Shown here: positions 51,153 through 64,000 of the stretch, piece after piece
How the letters are laid out: each line of letters opens with the position of its first letter
Position numbering within the stretch: the stretch's first letter is position 1
NCBI GenBank assembly: GCA_015680685.1
Contig: MNCI01000542.1
Coordinates: 33,989-97,988 of the forward strand
Reading direction: 5' to 3'
Length of the DNA stretch: 64,000 bases
Origin: Gnetum montanum
Lineage: Eukaryota > Plantae > Gnetophyta
Notes under the pieces: model-generated
Database searches by the model: none
What the model saw: only the letters and a program-made list of their open reading frames with translations
What the model was told of the DNA's origin: nothing
Position numbers and translations under genes: made by a program

Positions 51153-52045
51153 NNNNNNNNNNNNNNNNNNNNNNNNNNNNNNNNNNNNNNNNNNNNNNNN
51201 NNNNNNNNNNNNNNNNNNNNNNNNNNNNNNNNNNNNNNNNNNNNNNNNNNNNNNNNNNNNNNNNNNNNNNNNNNNNNNNNNNNNNNNNNNNNNNNNNNNN
51301 NNNNNNNNNNNNNNNNNNNNNNNNNNNNNNNNNNNNNNNNNNNNNNNNNNNNNNNNNNNNNNNNNNNNNNNNNNNNNNNNNNNNNNNNNNNNNNNNNNNN
51401 NNNNNNNNNNNNNNNNNNNNNNNNNNNNNNNNNNNNNNNNNNNNNNNNNNNNNNNNNNNNNNNNNNNNNNNNNNNNNNNNNNNNNNNNNNNNNNNNNNNN
51501 NNNNNNNNNNNNNNNNNNNNNNNNNNNNNNNNNNNNNNNNNNNNNNNNNNNNNNNNNNNNNNNNNNNNNNNNNNNNNNNNNNNNNNNNNNNNNNNNNNNN
51601 NNNNNNNNNNNNNNNNNNNNNNNNNNNNNNNNNNNNNNNNNNNNNNNNNNNNNNNNNNNNNNNNNNNNNNNNNNNNNNNNNNNNNNNNNNNNNNNNNNNN
51701 NNNNNNNNNNNNNNNNNNNNNNNNNNNNNNNNNNNNNNNNNNNNNNNNNNNNNNNNNNNNNNNNNNNNNNNNNNNNNNNNNNNNNNNNNNNNNNNNNNNN
51801 NNNNNNNNNNNNNNNNNNNNNNNNNNNNNNNNNNNNNNNNNNNNNNNNNNNNNNNNNNNNNNNNNNNNNNNNNNNNNNNNNNNNNNNNNNNNNNNNNNNN
51901 NNNNNNNNNNNNNNNNNNNNNNNNNNNNNNNNNNNNNNNNNNNNNNNNNNNNNNNNNNNNNNNNNNNNNNNNNNNNNNNNNNNNNNNNNNNNNNNNNNNN
52001 NNNNNNNNNNNNNNNNNNNNNNNNNNNNNNNNNNNNNNNNNNNNN

Positions 52046-52572
52046 CTTTTTGGTAAATTCTTCCAGTTCAGACTTTAACTCTTGTTCCACAGGACATTCC
52101 CAGAGCCTACGGACTCTTTGAATGTGGGATTGTTAGGGCATTAAGGGCATGAGCCTGTTTTGGGGAGGACCCACTGACATTCCTATTTGGAACTTTAGTT
52201 AACTTCTTTTCCTTAACGTTTTGCAATTAGTTCTCATTTTTGTTCCTTTCCATCATGACATCCCTTTCACCGATGCCATAGTTGTCCCTTTTTACCTATC
52301 CTTCCTACTCCTTCTTTTTTTCCATTCTAACGCTACCGGAGGTTTGTGATTAGTCATGGGGGTACGGGGCCTGCTTTTTCGATTTTTCCCCTAAGCCCCG
52401 GATTTTTTCGTTTTTTCTTCCTAACCCCTACACCTTTGGTAGTCATCATCCACATTTTTCCCGGATCCATATCAGCCATACCACAACTTAGCCAAGGAAC
52501 CTAAACCGAAGCAAGGTACTACTTACTTAATGATTCAATTACCCTTGCTAATATATGATTGTGTTGTGTGTG
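52046..52572 (+). mobile_element. Internal non-coding fragment of a young Athila-like element
   Basis: Shares blocks with element C at 37585-37665 (...TTTGGGGAGGACC.ACT) and 38244-38256 (TTAGTCATGGGGG). Confidence 0.65.
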
Positions 52573-52573
52573 N

Positions 52574-55500
52574 GGTAGAGGTAGAGGTAAGAATATCTTA
52601 CAAAATTATGTAAATTTAATGTATGGCCATAATTTCTAAAATTGTAACATATGAGGAAGAGGTGGATCTAGAATAAGAACAAAAATATCAATGTTGCAAA
52701 GTAGAGATCAATTCTTTTTGAAATACTACAAAAAAAAAAAGAAAGAAAGAAAAAAGAGGCCACATTGAAGATAGATGCAAGAGTAAGCAAGGAACTCAAA
52801 AACTTCTCCATTCAAGATAATTCACAAGAATAAGGAGATCCTTCCACATTAGTCCAAGACAAAGATAAAGTAAAAATTATAGGTGCAAAGGCTAATTTAT
52901 TGTATTTTTCACTTCCAAGTAAATCAATTCTCATACGTAGCTTATAGATACTAGTTTTTCTAATCACATTATCCCAAACATCAAATGTTTCATTGATTAT
53001 GTTAAGTTCTTCAATCTTTATTAATTAAAGTGGGTGATGACACATTTGTAAAATTAAACATATAGGTAGATGTCTAATTACTCTTGAAAATGGAACTATC
53101 ATTCTTGTTCATAATATCTTCTATGTGTCTCAGTTTTCTAATTCCTTATTGTTAGTTAGTCAAATGTTCAAAATAAGTACTAGGTTTGTGTTTGAAAATA
53201 ATGAATGTATAATCTCGAATGATTTTAGTGCTATTACCAAAATTCCCATGATGGAGAATCAAAGCTATTATCTTGGAGTTGTCCACTCAAAGGAAGAAGA
53301 ATAAAATTTATCAATGTATAATGCTACTAGAATTTGGCAATAGAGGCTTGAATAACCTCTTGTTCAAATTTACAAAAGATCATGAATAATTAGGTTGTCA
53401 TTGGAATGAAAATTTTAGAAATCGCTAGATAATTTTACTATACATGCATGTTGGGAAAGCAAAAATCACTCCCTCTTTTCAACCACATAGAAAGAAGGAT
53501 CAAGTCCTTGGACTTGATATATATGGATGTGGTAGGTCTAATGCCTACTATTGCACATGATGGAGGTAAATACTTTCTTCTCATAGTTGATGCTTTTTTA
53601 AGATATAGTTGGACATATATTATATATGCTAAAGATGGAGTTTTTGGAGCATTTCAAAATTTTAAGAAGTTAGTAGAAAATATACTTGGTTGTGAAGTAA
53701 AAGCTATTAGAAATAATAAAGGTGGTAAATTTTTCAATAATGAGTTTGATGCTTTTTATGGGAGTCATGAAATATGCAAAACTAGTTGTGACTACAAAAA
53801 CCAAAGTAATGGTATTGCTAAGAGGAAAAATAAAGTCCTACAAGAATTTGTTAGTGAATATCTGCAACATGGTATGAAATAATTGAACAAAGTATTTATT
53901 CAAGTGGTATGTAGCTAGACCTATTATACAACTAGCAATAATGATTAAGATTATTCCATTACATTATAGCACTCTAACATAGATTAGACTTTATATTTAA
54001 TGTAATTTATTTCAAATAAAACTTAGTTTAATGTTTATTCTCTCATATATTTAATTGGTAATTTACAATTAAATGCATGATGGTTATTACAACATAAGTA
54101 CCATTGGTTTCGAGAAAAACACATATCATATGGTAATTCTAGTAATAATCACTTGATAATGTAGCGATAATTATATGAGTTCAAGATGTGCATGGTAAAT
54201 GCAGAACAAATGCTTATCACCTAGGATAGTTTAGCCTCTAATTTTTGAATTAGCTTAATTTAGAAAATATTTCTTTATTTTTATAATATTTTATTATGGC
54301 CTTAGCAATAAATATCATATACCTTAATTGTACTTAACCATATACATTTAGAGTTACACAAGTATAATTGAGAAGACAGTAACCCATAGTTGAACATTCA
54401 ACTATCTAGCTTGCCATGCTAGTCTAGTCAACAAATTACAATCAAGTCACTTGCATATGCTCATGATTTGTATGATTGAGCATTAGGGCTACTTACCACT
54501 TATCATTAGCATTATTGTTAGGAATTGGTACTAATGACAAGATAGTTAGAATTATTTACCAACATTGAAATAATATTATTTTATTGAAATGCAAACACAA
54601 AAATTAAAAATATACTCTTCTCATAGGATTGATTTCCTACCTATTTATGATTCTACAAAGGGATATGACAGCACTACCAAGAATAGAGATGATAAACCCC
54701 ATCAAGTTAAAGTTGTTTGCCAACATTTGGATCCTTACTATTTGAACTTCATCTTCATCCTTTTCTAGGATGATCAACTATGATGAAGAGGCCTAGAAGG
54801 TGTTCCCACTTAATCACTCAACTTTATTAATGCTCATGATAACATTAATTAAAGTTGGACTTAAAGCACCTACAGCTAACTACAATGTAGCTAATGAGAT
54901 GTCTAGGCCTTATTATCCCACTAAAGCCCATCTACTAAAGGATCATTTTATGGAGGTACACCATGAAGTCACTAAGGGAAAGTGACCTACAATTCTATTA
55001 ATATCACAATCTAAAAATATAAATACTAATTATCATTCAAGCTAATCCAATCATCAAATTTCTCTTAGATTCAATGTAAATGACATGAAAAATCCATGAT
55101 TATATTTAGCCTTAAAAATAACCAGCAAAAAGTGAGATCAAAACCCAACACAAAGAGGACCTCTAGGCCTAGGTCTTCCAATAGGTCATCCAAAGATAAT
55201 CAAAAGGTTATGAGAGAAGAGCAAGCTAGCATCGATCTCCTAGTTCTCCATAATTCTTATCATCATCATCATAAAGCTTTAACAAGGATGAGTGTGGCTA
55301 AGGAAGAAGGAGAAATGATAGATGACTTGGTGAAGATGATCGATGAGATTATCACAGAGATGAAGGTAGATATGATGGAGATGATTGAGAAATATGGCAT
55401 GGATATTAACAAATATATAGTAGACAACACCAAAGGGGACATGATCATGATAAGAATCATGAGGAATGAGATCACTAGAATGAACCCTTTCTTGCTACAA

Positions 55501-56924
55501 GAAGTATGATCAACATCTGGAAGATGATATATATTCTAGTGAGGCATTAGAGGAATAGCCAAATCAAATGGATAGATATTAATAACATTCCTAAGTTCAA
55601 AGAAGGCTATAATGTTTATTCATAACATCACTTGCAAATTTTTGACAATGTCTACACCTTGTAAAACATTAAAAATAACTGAAGAAAGCTAAAATTATTC
55701 TCTAGAACACTTATCAAAGAAGCTGAAAGCTAGTACTAATCCTTGGAATCATATCCATCAGGAGATGGAGAATGATGTTAAAGTTATTTAATGAAAACTA
55801 TCAAACATACCCCAAGGCATCCAAATTAAGAAATAAAATTCAAGAATAGAGATAGAAATATAATAATTTCCTTGATGCATCTCTAGGTAGATACTATTAT
55901 CTACTATACATATGCTTAGGCCCTAGCTTCTCTTAAAGGGAACAACTACGACACATCATATATGGACTTAAATAAAAACAATGGATTTATGCCCAAGGAA
56001 GACTTTTAAAAATGTGAATCCATCAGATCTAAAGGCTTATTGATTAAGTGGAAAAAAACAAGTATGAAATAGAAAAAGAGAAAGTATAGAGGAGTATAAT
56101 AGAGATCCATCTCCTTATAAAAAGAAGATTCTTCTTTGTGAACTAGAAGAGGAGGTATCATTAGAAGAGGTGATCCAGTAAAAAACCTTGCCATTACAAA
56201 AATTAGTGACTAAAATTTTAACCAAGGTTAATACCATATGGAACTCAATTTATGAAAATTTTTAAATAGGTTTAAAAATCATGAAGGAGAAACCATAATA
56301 GGATAGATCCATAAACAAGGACAAAAGAAACAAGAAAGATAAAGGAATAACTACTACCAACAAAAAGAGAAAGTAGTTATAGTTGATGATAGTGTAGACT
56401 CAAATTTAGATGATGATGGTTGTGACATCTATTAATATGAACATCTAAATAGCTATTGCCCTATAATTTCACATCTTCAAGATTCTTGAGCTTATGCCTT
56501 AAATTCAAAAAATTTCAAAAAAAATGCCCAAAAGTTTATCTTATCCTCAAGGCAACTATTCACAGTGCTATCATTAATAATGGTACTATCCTAGTGGGGC
56601 CTTATTGAAACCTCAAGAGTATTATCAATAGTAGTGATAAATCTCATAGTCATGGGAGATCCTAGCACCCAAGTAGTAGTACCCCTATAGCTAACTTGAT
56701 CGTTAAGGATCTTATATCCAACACCCTGTGTCTTTAAGTGGAGCTACCACTAATAAGTAATAGAGTAGACTCTATATCTAACCACATGAATTATAAGTAT
56801 TTACATGTAGCATGGTCAAATTTGGTAGACTAAATTAGTAGGGATATCTAAATAGTTAGGCTATTGATTACTAGTTATTGTCTTCCCAATTACACTTGTA
56901 TGGCCTAGTGCATATGGTTAAGTG
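52574..56924 (+). repeat. Near-identical second copy of 45999-50349 (offset 6575 bp)
   Basis: Duplicated ORFs 46873/53448, 48225/54800, 48521/55096 and 49431/56006. A few SNPs. The inner ends of both copies abut single Ns. Confidence 0.95.
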
Positions 56925-58482
56925 TGACTAATATTTATGATACTAATTTTGTTGTGTTCATATTTAAAATATTACTAAAATATTAAAAATCTAAATTATC
57001 TAATCCAACTACAAGAAGTAAATCTAGCTTAGCCTAAGCAATAAGCATCCAATTCCAACTTTCCATACACATTCTAAACTTACTCTAAAGTTGCTAGGTT
57101 ACTAAGTCTCTAGTATTAGATGTACCAAGTATCCACTATTGGATATATCGAGTAACACATTACTAGGATTACTAAAAAGTAATGTATTTATGTTCAAATT
57201 TGGTCATACTTATCTTGCATAATTAATGCACAATTAATTGTAAAGTAATTAAATAAGTACATGTAAAATAAAGGAATAATAAAATTAAATTAAAATTAAA
57301 GAAATATTAAAGATAGGCCAAGTACTACAATGAAGATAAATTAATCTCAAAAATATTTCTAGGTACATAATTACTTAAATAAGACTCTGAACAATCAACT
57401 TAATTCATGTTGTGGGTACTCGATGAAAAATTCCAAGTCCCATAGAAATAAAGTGCAAGAGCTTTGCTATGCTATCAAATAAAAGATGTCATAATTATAG
57501 TTTATGTGTACATTTATATAGGCATTTAGTATCTCTAAGTTAGCATAGTTGATCCTACATCAATGTAGTTAACTAAAACATGACTCATCATACCTTTATG
57601 GGTGACTAAAAATCCATCCTCAAGTTAAAAATTATTGAACATAGTTTATTTAAAAACTCTAGGAGTGAATTAACTTACTAGACTAACTAAAGTTCTACAT
57701 TATAAAATTTACTCAAGTGATTTATAATTTTGATAAATGAAAATATTTCGATACATTTCCCTTACAAAAATGATGTAGACATTTACAAAAAGACCAATGT
57801 GTATGCCTCATGAAGTTCCTAGTGGTGGTGACTCTTATGGTGGCTTCTCATACCTTGATGTTGGTTGTAACTACCCTACTACTACTATTGCTACTACTTT
57901 TAGGTAAAATACATAGATAAGAGCCTTCATTTTTTCCCTTGATCCTTGGATCATGAATAGTCTAGGTAAGTTTTCTATCATGATTTTTGAGTTTCTTGTA
58001 TTTCAAAATCTCATCATTTAAGGTGGAAATATTGAAGGCTAATTATTGTCTAATGGCTTGTACCTCCTTCATAGAGATATTCTTGCTCTTAATTGTTAAC
58101 CTGCATACATCTTCATGAACTTTAGCTAATTGCTCCTACTAGTGCTTAAGGTGTTTCTCCATTAGCTCTTGTTTTTCATCTTATGTAATCTATGATTCTT
58201 CTTGAATAACTTCTATTTTTTCTTATGTACCATGATGAGATTCTTGTTTTCTCTATTTAACATTGCTTCTATCAAGGATGCATCCTAGATGAATTTTTCC
58301 TTCTTGAACTCTACTTTACATTATTTAGGCTTAAGTCATTTAAAGACTTCATCCCTATTTAGGCTCAGTTGATGAATAGCTGGTTTTCAATAATGAGATT
58401 TGAGTTGCAAAACTTTAGCTATCAATTATTGATTTATACATATCAACTTCAATAAATTTTATCTATGTAATGATGGGGTTTC
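56751..58482 (-). mobile_element. Element D: minus-strand Athila-like 3' LTR (56751-57590) and end of ORF2, inserted in the gag of E
   Basis: Minus-strand LTR start TGATGAGTC at 57590. Its end is a decayed family LTR terminus at 56751, with a partial copy at 50176-50349. ORF2 tail TIHDP...ESPPLGTS* is homologous to C's TMHDP...EPPPPRTT*. Confidence 0.75.
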
Positions 58483-60257
58483 TTAGGATCAAAAACTTAG
58501 AAGGGGGGTTGAATAAGTTCCCAAAAATAATAGCTACATCCACCAAAAATCAAATACAATTTTTTGCTAGTTTTCCAACTTTGGTAAATCCATACTTAGA
58601 GGGTAGAATCCTTGCACACCTCTAGACATTGTTCCTTTAAAATGTGGCTTATAGGGCACCACAACCTTTACAAGATTTGAGCTTCGCTCTAAAGTGTTTC
58701 ATCTTCATGAATCCACTTAATCCCACAAGGTTCCAACAAGCTCAAAATTTGGTTTAAATGATCCCAAAATATTTACAAATGTGAGCTCCACACCAAAGTG
58801 TTTTGTCATTGCAAAACCACTTAACCCTGCAAGGTCCCAACAAGCTCAATGAAGATTCTTTCTCATAATAAGCACATCAACCCTGCAGGGCTATGAAAAA
58901 AAGAAAGAAAAATACGAAGAGAGTATAACTACACTTTATAAGTTCCTTGCATTTAAACTCTCATAAAACAACTTACAAATGATACAAAATAAGGAGCACA
59001 ACTGCTACACAATATGTATACAATGATTATCTAATTGTGTGAATAGTGCTTTTTGATTCTCATGGATTTCTCTTTGTTTTATACTCTTTGAGCTTCTGAA
59101 AACTTCTTAAAATTCTTCCAACGACTAGATAATAGCTACATGAGATATCTAATTTGAAGTGGAGATGTCTTTTTGTCAACACTTTCAATTATGAAACAAC
59201 GTCTACCTATAGATGTCTACCCTTAGGTATCTATCCTTAGACATCTACCTGTAGACATTAGCCTGTAGACATCTATCTTCAAAGATAGATAGATGTTGTT
59301 TTTCATATATGTCTACTCTACTTTTACACTTTGGAATATGAGACATTCTCTTGTCAATTTGACATCTTGGCAATCTTCAAAACATCTTTTTTTGGCTCAT
59401 AGACTCCTCTTGTATCCTAGCCCTTATCTTGTCATCCTAACATGGCTCTCATTCAGACTCAAAATTTGCTCTATTTTTTAATCTAATGACTTTATACATT
59501 ACAACTCTTGATTTTGCTATTATCTCAATCTTATCATGATCTTGGTCTACCCTTAGACCTACGAGGCAATACAAACACATTTTCCACATTCTACATTCTC
59601 TCAGTTTTTTTACATTTTAAAAGGTTAACAATCTCCCCCTTTTTGGTAATGTTCAAAACATGAGAAAATGGATGAACATAATACCATAACATTATAACAC
59701 TATATGATAAACAATAAAATAATAAACGTTTATGTGTGTGTGTGTGTAGCAAAATATAATCTATCTTCATTAATGCATTGAACATATCACAAACTTAACT
59801 CCAAAGATATATCACAAAAAAGAACAACATCATATAGTATGCATGACCTTGCACAACCAATATCACAAAACTCTCCCTCTTTTTGGACATCATCCAAAAG
59901 GAGGAGATCATGAAAAGTACCTATCCAAACATCCTCAAAAAAGTTCCATAAGATAAACTTTCATAATATTGTATGATAATCCCATAGAGATACAAACATC
60001 TAGCGAAGGAAGAGTACACATCTTTTAGCATGGATTTCATAGGGCTAATGATGAAAAAACCAAATTTCATTAAGAGCTTCCCCTTATCTATTCATAAAGA
60101 AAGTTAAAATTAATGAGGCATAATTGATCCAAGCCTTTTAATCAATGTTCAAGAGTATTTAAAACCAAATGACAAAGTCCAAAGTTTGACCCTTGAAGAT
60201 CAAGTAACCTATCTCTAAACTAATAAGCCATTAGTAACAAATAACTAATATCTCATG
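58483..60257 (-). mobile_element. Element H: minus-strand SIRE-like 3' LTR (58483-59630) and 3' internal region
   Basis: Minus-strand PPT AAAAAGGGGGAGAT followed by TGTTAACCTTTT at 59630. Second PPT near 59872-59885. C-rich end motif on the minus strand (AGAAGGGGGGTTGAATAAG on plus). AGACATCT/AGATGTCT repeats. Confidence 0.85.
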
Positions 60258-63200
60258 TGTTGACCTTTTGGTATGTCAAAATCTTAATAAAAATGGAGAA
60301 AATAGAATTTTTATGATGCATAATGTTTTTTCAAGACATGAACAAGAACTCCACAATGAGATTTGAGAACCCAAGAAAATGAGATCTACAATGAGATGTC
60401 AAAATGAAGTCTACATGGGCAATATGAGAGTATGAATGAAAAAGAAAGCTACAAATCAAATGAAGATGCTTCAAGAACTAGCAAGAAGGAAAATTGATAG
60501 AAGAAAGCCTTATAAGTCAGAGCTCAAAAGTTGAGGAGACATCTTTAAAAAATAGTAGACATCTGTCTTCAATAGTAAACTGTCCACTATAGACATCCCA
60601 TCTACCAATGAGACATCTCTCTTTAATTGAGGCCAATCTCAGTTAGACATCCCAACTTTGAAGTAACATCTACATTATCCATTTGGTAGCCATTGCATGA
60701 ATTTTGAGGAGTTTTTAGAAACTTTGAGGCTATACAATAATTTCAAAATCTTGGGAATTGTGAAAGCATTGTTCACACTTAAGCTTCTCATCTCTATTCT
60801 ATGCAATTCTATCCTTGCTCTTCATTGTAACATGATTTTATTGATTGTAATTTTTACTAAGATTCAAGTACAAGGGCTTGTAAATTTAGAGACATTCCTT
60901 ATTATTTTTTCTCTTTCTTATAGCCCTGTGGGGTTGATGTGATTCTTGTGAGAAGGCATCCATATTGAGCTTGTTGGGATCCTATAGGATTAAGTGGTTT
61001 TGTAGCATCAAAACACTTCAAAGTGGAGCTCAATTTTGTAAAAGTTGTGGGATACTTAAAATCACATTCTAAGCTTGTTGTAACCTTGTGGGGTTGAGTG
61101 GTTTCACATTGATAAAAACACTCCAAAGCAAAGCTTAGAGCTTGTACAAGATGTTGTGCCCTTCAAATCACATTTTTTAAAGAAATGAAGTTCGGAGGTA
61201 TGCACAAATTCTACCCTTTGAGTGTGGACATATCCAAGTTGGGGAACCATGTAAAATTTGGTGTGCTTATATGGCTAGTGAAATTTTAATTGAGAAAATT
61301 ATTTAATCCCCCTTCTAAGTTCTCAATCCTCAAGTGGTATCAAAGCCAAGTTCTATCAAGTTCGTGCTTCAACTTTTAAGAGTGATCTATGGAGAGGAAA
61401 TCCTACACAAAGCCACCAATGTTTGATAGGTTTGATTTTTCTTATTAGAAGGAAAGGATGCAAGGCTTCTTTGACTTCATGGAATTTGAGGTATGGGAGT
61501 CAACCCTTGAAGGTGACACATTGCCTATTGATAGCACATCAAAATCTCTCAAGGCACAAAACAAGTGGATGCTTGGAGAAAGAGATAAGTTTATGTATGA
61601 TTCGAAAGAAAAAAATTATTTATACTGTGCATTAAATAAGTCTAAATTTAATAGAATAGCTAGATGTAAAATTTCTAGAGAAATTTGAGAAACCTTAGAG
61701 TCTACCTATGTGGGCACATCCATAGTTAAACAATCAAGACTTTTGGTTTTGCAAAGTGAATATGACAAACTTGAAATGAGGGAAGGTGAAAAGATTAAAG
61801 ATTATTTTTCTAGGGTGAATGATCTAGTTGTAGCAATTAAGGGTACATGCAAGGACTTTCCTAAAAGTGATGTAATCATAAAAATGATTAGAATACTGCA
61901 ACCTAAATTTAGAACTAAGGTTATAGCTATGAAAGAAATTAGAAAGTTTTATATTCTAAATTTGAAGAGATCCAAAGTGATATTATTACTTATGAAATGA
62001 ATCTCATAGGTAAAGAAGCAATAAAAGAAAATCCTATCGCCTTGAAATTAGCATCTAACAAGAAGAAACCGGTTGAACAAGAAATGAACAAGCAGAAAGA
62101 AATAGCTCTTCTATTAAGAAGAGTTCAAAGGTTTCTATGAAGAAAAGGAATAAGCTTTAATCAACCAAGGCCAAATCAATCCAACTCCAAACGTAAAGAT
62201 AAATATAATAGTTTTTCAAATTAAAATTTTGATGTATTTTCAATATAATGTTGGGTATGTGGTGGAAGAGGCCATGTGACCTCCGAATGTCATAGTATTG
62301 ATAGGTTACAAGATAACTAAAGTGGATACAAAAAATACTAACTTCTACATAAGATGGGATGATTAAGAGCAAAGTGAAGGAGAGGTGGATGATACTTCAA
62401 AAGAGTCACATCTCATTTGTATGGCTCTCATAGATGATGAAGTTAGCTTATCTGATGTTGATGATCAAATGGAAATTGATGAAAAAAGGTATGACCTCTT
62501 CTGCAATGAACTTTTATCTCTTCAAAATATTTGTATAAAGTTAAATAAGGAATTAAAAAAAAATTATTAAGATGTATCTTCATTAAATATGAAAATTTTA
62601 GATCTCACAAAAGAAACCTCAAACCTGAGGGCTGAAAATAAAAACTAAACTTATCCTATGAGTAGATTAAATAAGAACTTGCATATGCTAAAATTGTAAA
62701 TGAGAGTCTAGTCAAAGCAAAAGAATCTCTCTTGATATTTCTTGGGCAAGGAAGAAATCCAAATGATAAAAGAAAACTACGATGTTGTCAATAAGAATAA
62801 GCATCTGCATAAAATTTATCCAAACAAGAGGCCACTTCAAAAAATTGAGGTAACTATTAGTACTACATCCAAACAAATAGCAACTCCAACATTTGATAAC
62901 ATTAATCAAAATAAAAGGGTTAAGTGTTATTATTGTAATAGATTTTTACATAAGCAATGGAATTTCCATTTAAAACATTATCATATGAACACCTAGACAT
63001 ATCACAAAACTCCTTGGTCTTTATCCAAATGTATCTAGAAAGAAAATTGGGCAGGATAAGAAGAAAGGGTAGACTAATCAAAAAAGCAAGGAAGTCAAGA
63101 AGGTATGGAGAATTAAAAAGAAGGAAGATATTGATAGAATCCTCTCCAAAAAAAATTATGAAGGAAAGACAATATTTAAAAATAAACAAAATTTGCATGA

Positions 63201-64000
63201 GAGGAGGTACTTCAAAAGAGGGATCTCATTTTCAAGCTCCTTAGGCACCTTCAATTTCTTCAGTAAGTAAGGTAAGTAGAGGTAAGTATTCAATTCATTT
63301 TGAATATCTCTTAAGACTATAATCCTTGGTAGTCAACTCCTAAACATTTTCTTGCTAGGACATCTACATGAAAAGATAAATGTCTACTTTCTGAGTTACA
63401 CATGTACTTGATTTTATGATAAACGTGGCATAGACATCTATATCTCAAAGGAGATGTCTATATTTTTGCAAAAACCCTTGATAATTATGATTATATAAAT
63501 TGAAACCTTAATTTTTCTTTCATTCTTCCACATCCAAGAATAGATGACTAAGGTTAGAGGATCAAGGCTTCTTCAACAATAGTGAGTTGTGCATTTTTCT
63601 TCAAAATTGATGATCCACAAGAAGGTTGAAATATCCAAGCAATGGTCATGGAAGAGCAAGTAGTCCAAGGGACCTTCATCCAACATTGCAGGAACCTATT
63701 CTCCTCAATTTTGGTCCATTGAGCCTTAGCATTAATTTGAGGTAACTCGAACCATCTCTGTTATTTCTAAACATTATCTTTACTTCTAGTAATGTCATTA
63801 GAAAGAGTTAATGACATTATTTCAAGTATTGAATTCGGTTTCATTCATTTCCAAGAATTTTTGTATGCCTAAAATTCTCATAAGAAAATTCTATAGTAAC
63901 ATTTCCATTACAAATGCTTCCATTGGGGCCTTTACTTCCATGGTTGAAGAGATGTTGATTAAGGTTTCACCTCAATTTGTAAATGCAATTCTTGGGATAT
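60258..64000 (+). mobile_element. Element I: SIRE-like gag-only element related to A, inserted in H and running off the window end
   Basis: 5' LTR 60258-61332 (TGTTGACC...TCCTCA). PBS TGGTATCAAAGC at 61335. Gag about 61389-63244 (EYDKLEMREGEKIKDYFSRV, CWVCGGRGHV, CYYCNRFLH). No protease motif follows within the window. Confidence 0.88.

Noticed and set aside
50813-52121. Long ORFs of 421, 395 and 322 aa
   Set aside because: They read through the N gap at 51153-52045. Only the gag part before the gap is real.

Overview
AT-rich, repeat-dense plant-type eukaryotic DNA with no intact host gene. It is mostly nested LTR retrotransposons: Athila-like and CRM-like Ty3/Gypsy, Sirevirus (SIRE)-like Ty1/Copia, and another Copia. 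Three nested insertions have matching 5-bp target-site duplications (TSDs): TCAAT, ATTGT and ACATC. The ORF track misses three long intronless frames destroyed mainly by C->T/G->A changes: a CCR4-type deadenylase (2668-3872, +), a probable dynamin-superfamily GTPase (about 4940-6840, -) and a Sola/DUF7869-like DDE transposase (about 16741-19464, +). A 5S rRNA-derived Pol III promoter block (1872-1950) and an ~83-bp higher-order tandem repeat lie nearby. The best candidate for an undescribed system is a large gene-carrying DNA transposon, or other gene-rich mobile or foreign DNA, but assembly joins interrupt the link between the cargo-like genes and the transposase. Single-N joins (8104, 8574, 9172, 10219, 10302, 50350, 52573), an N gap (51153-52045) and a 4.35-kb duplication point to local assembly artefacts. 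All family assignments come from manual translation and motif recognition, not database searches.
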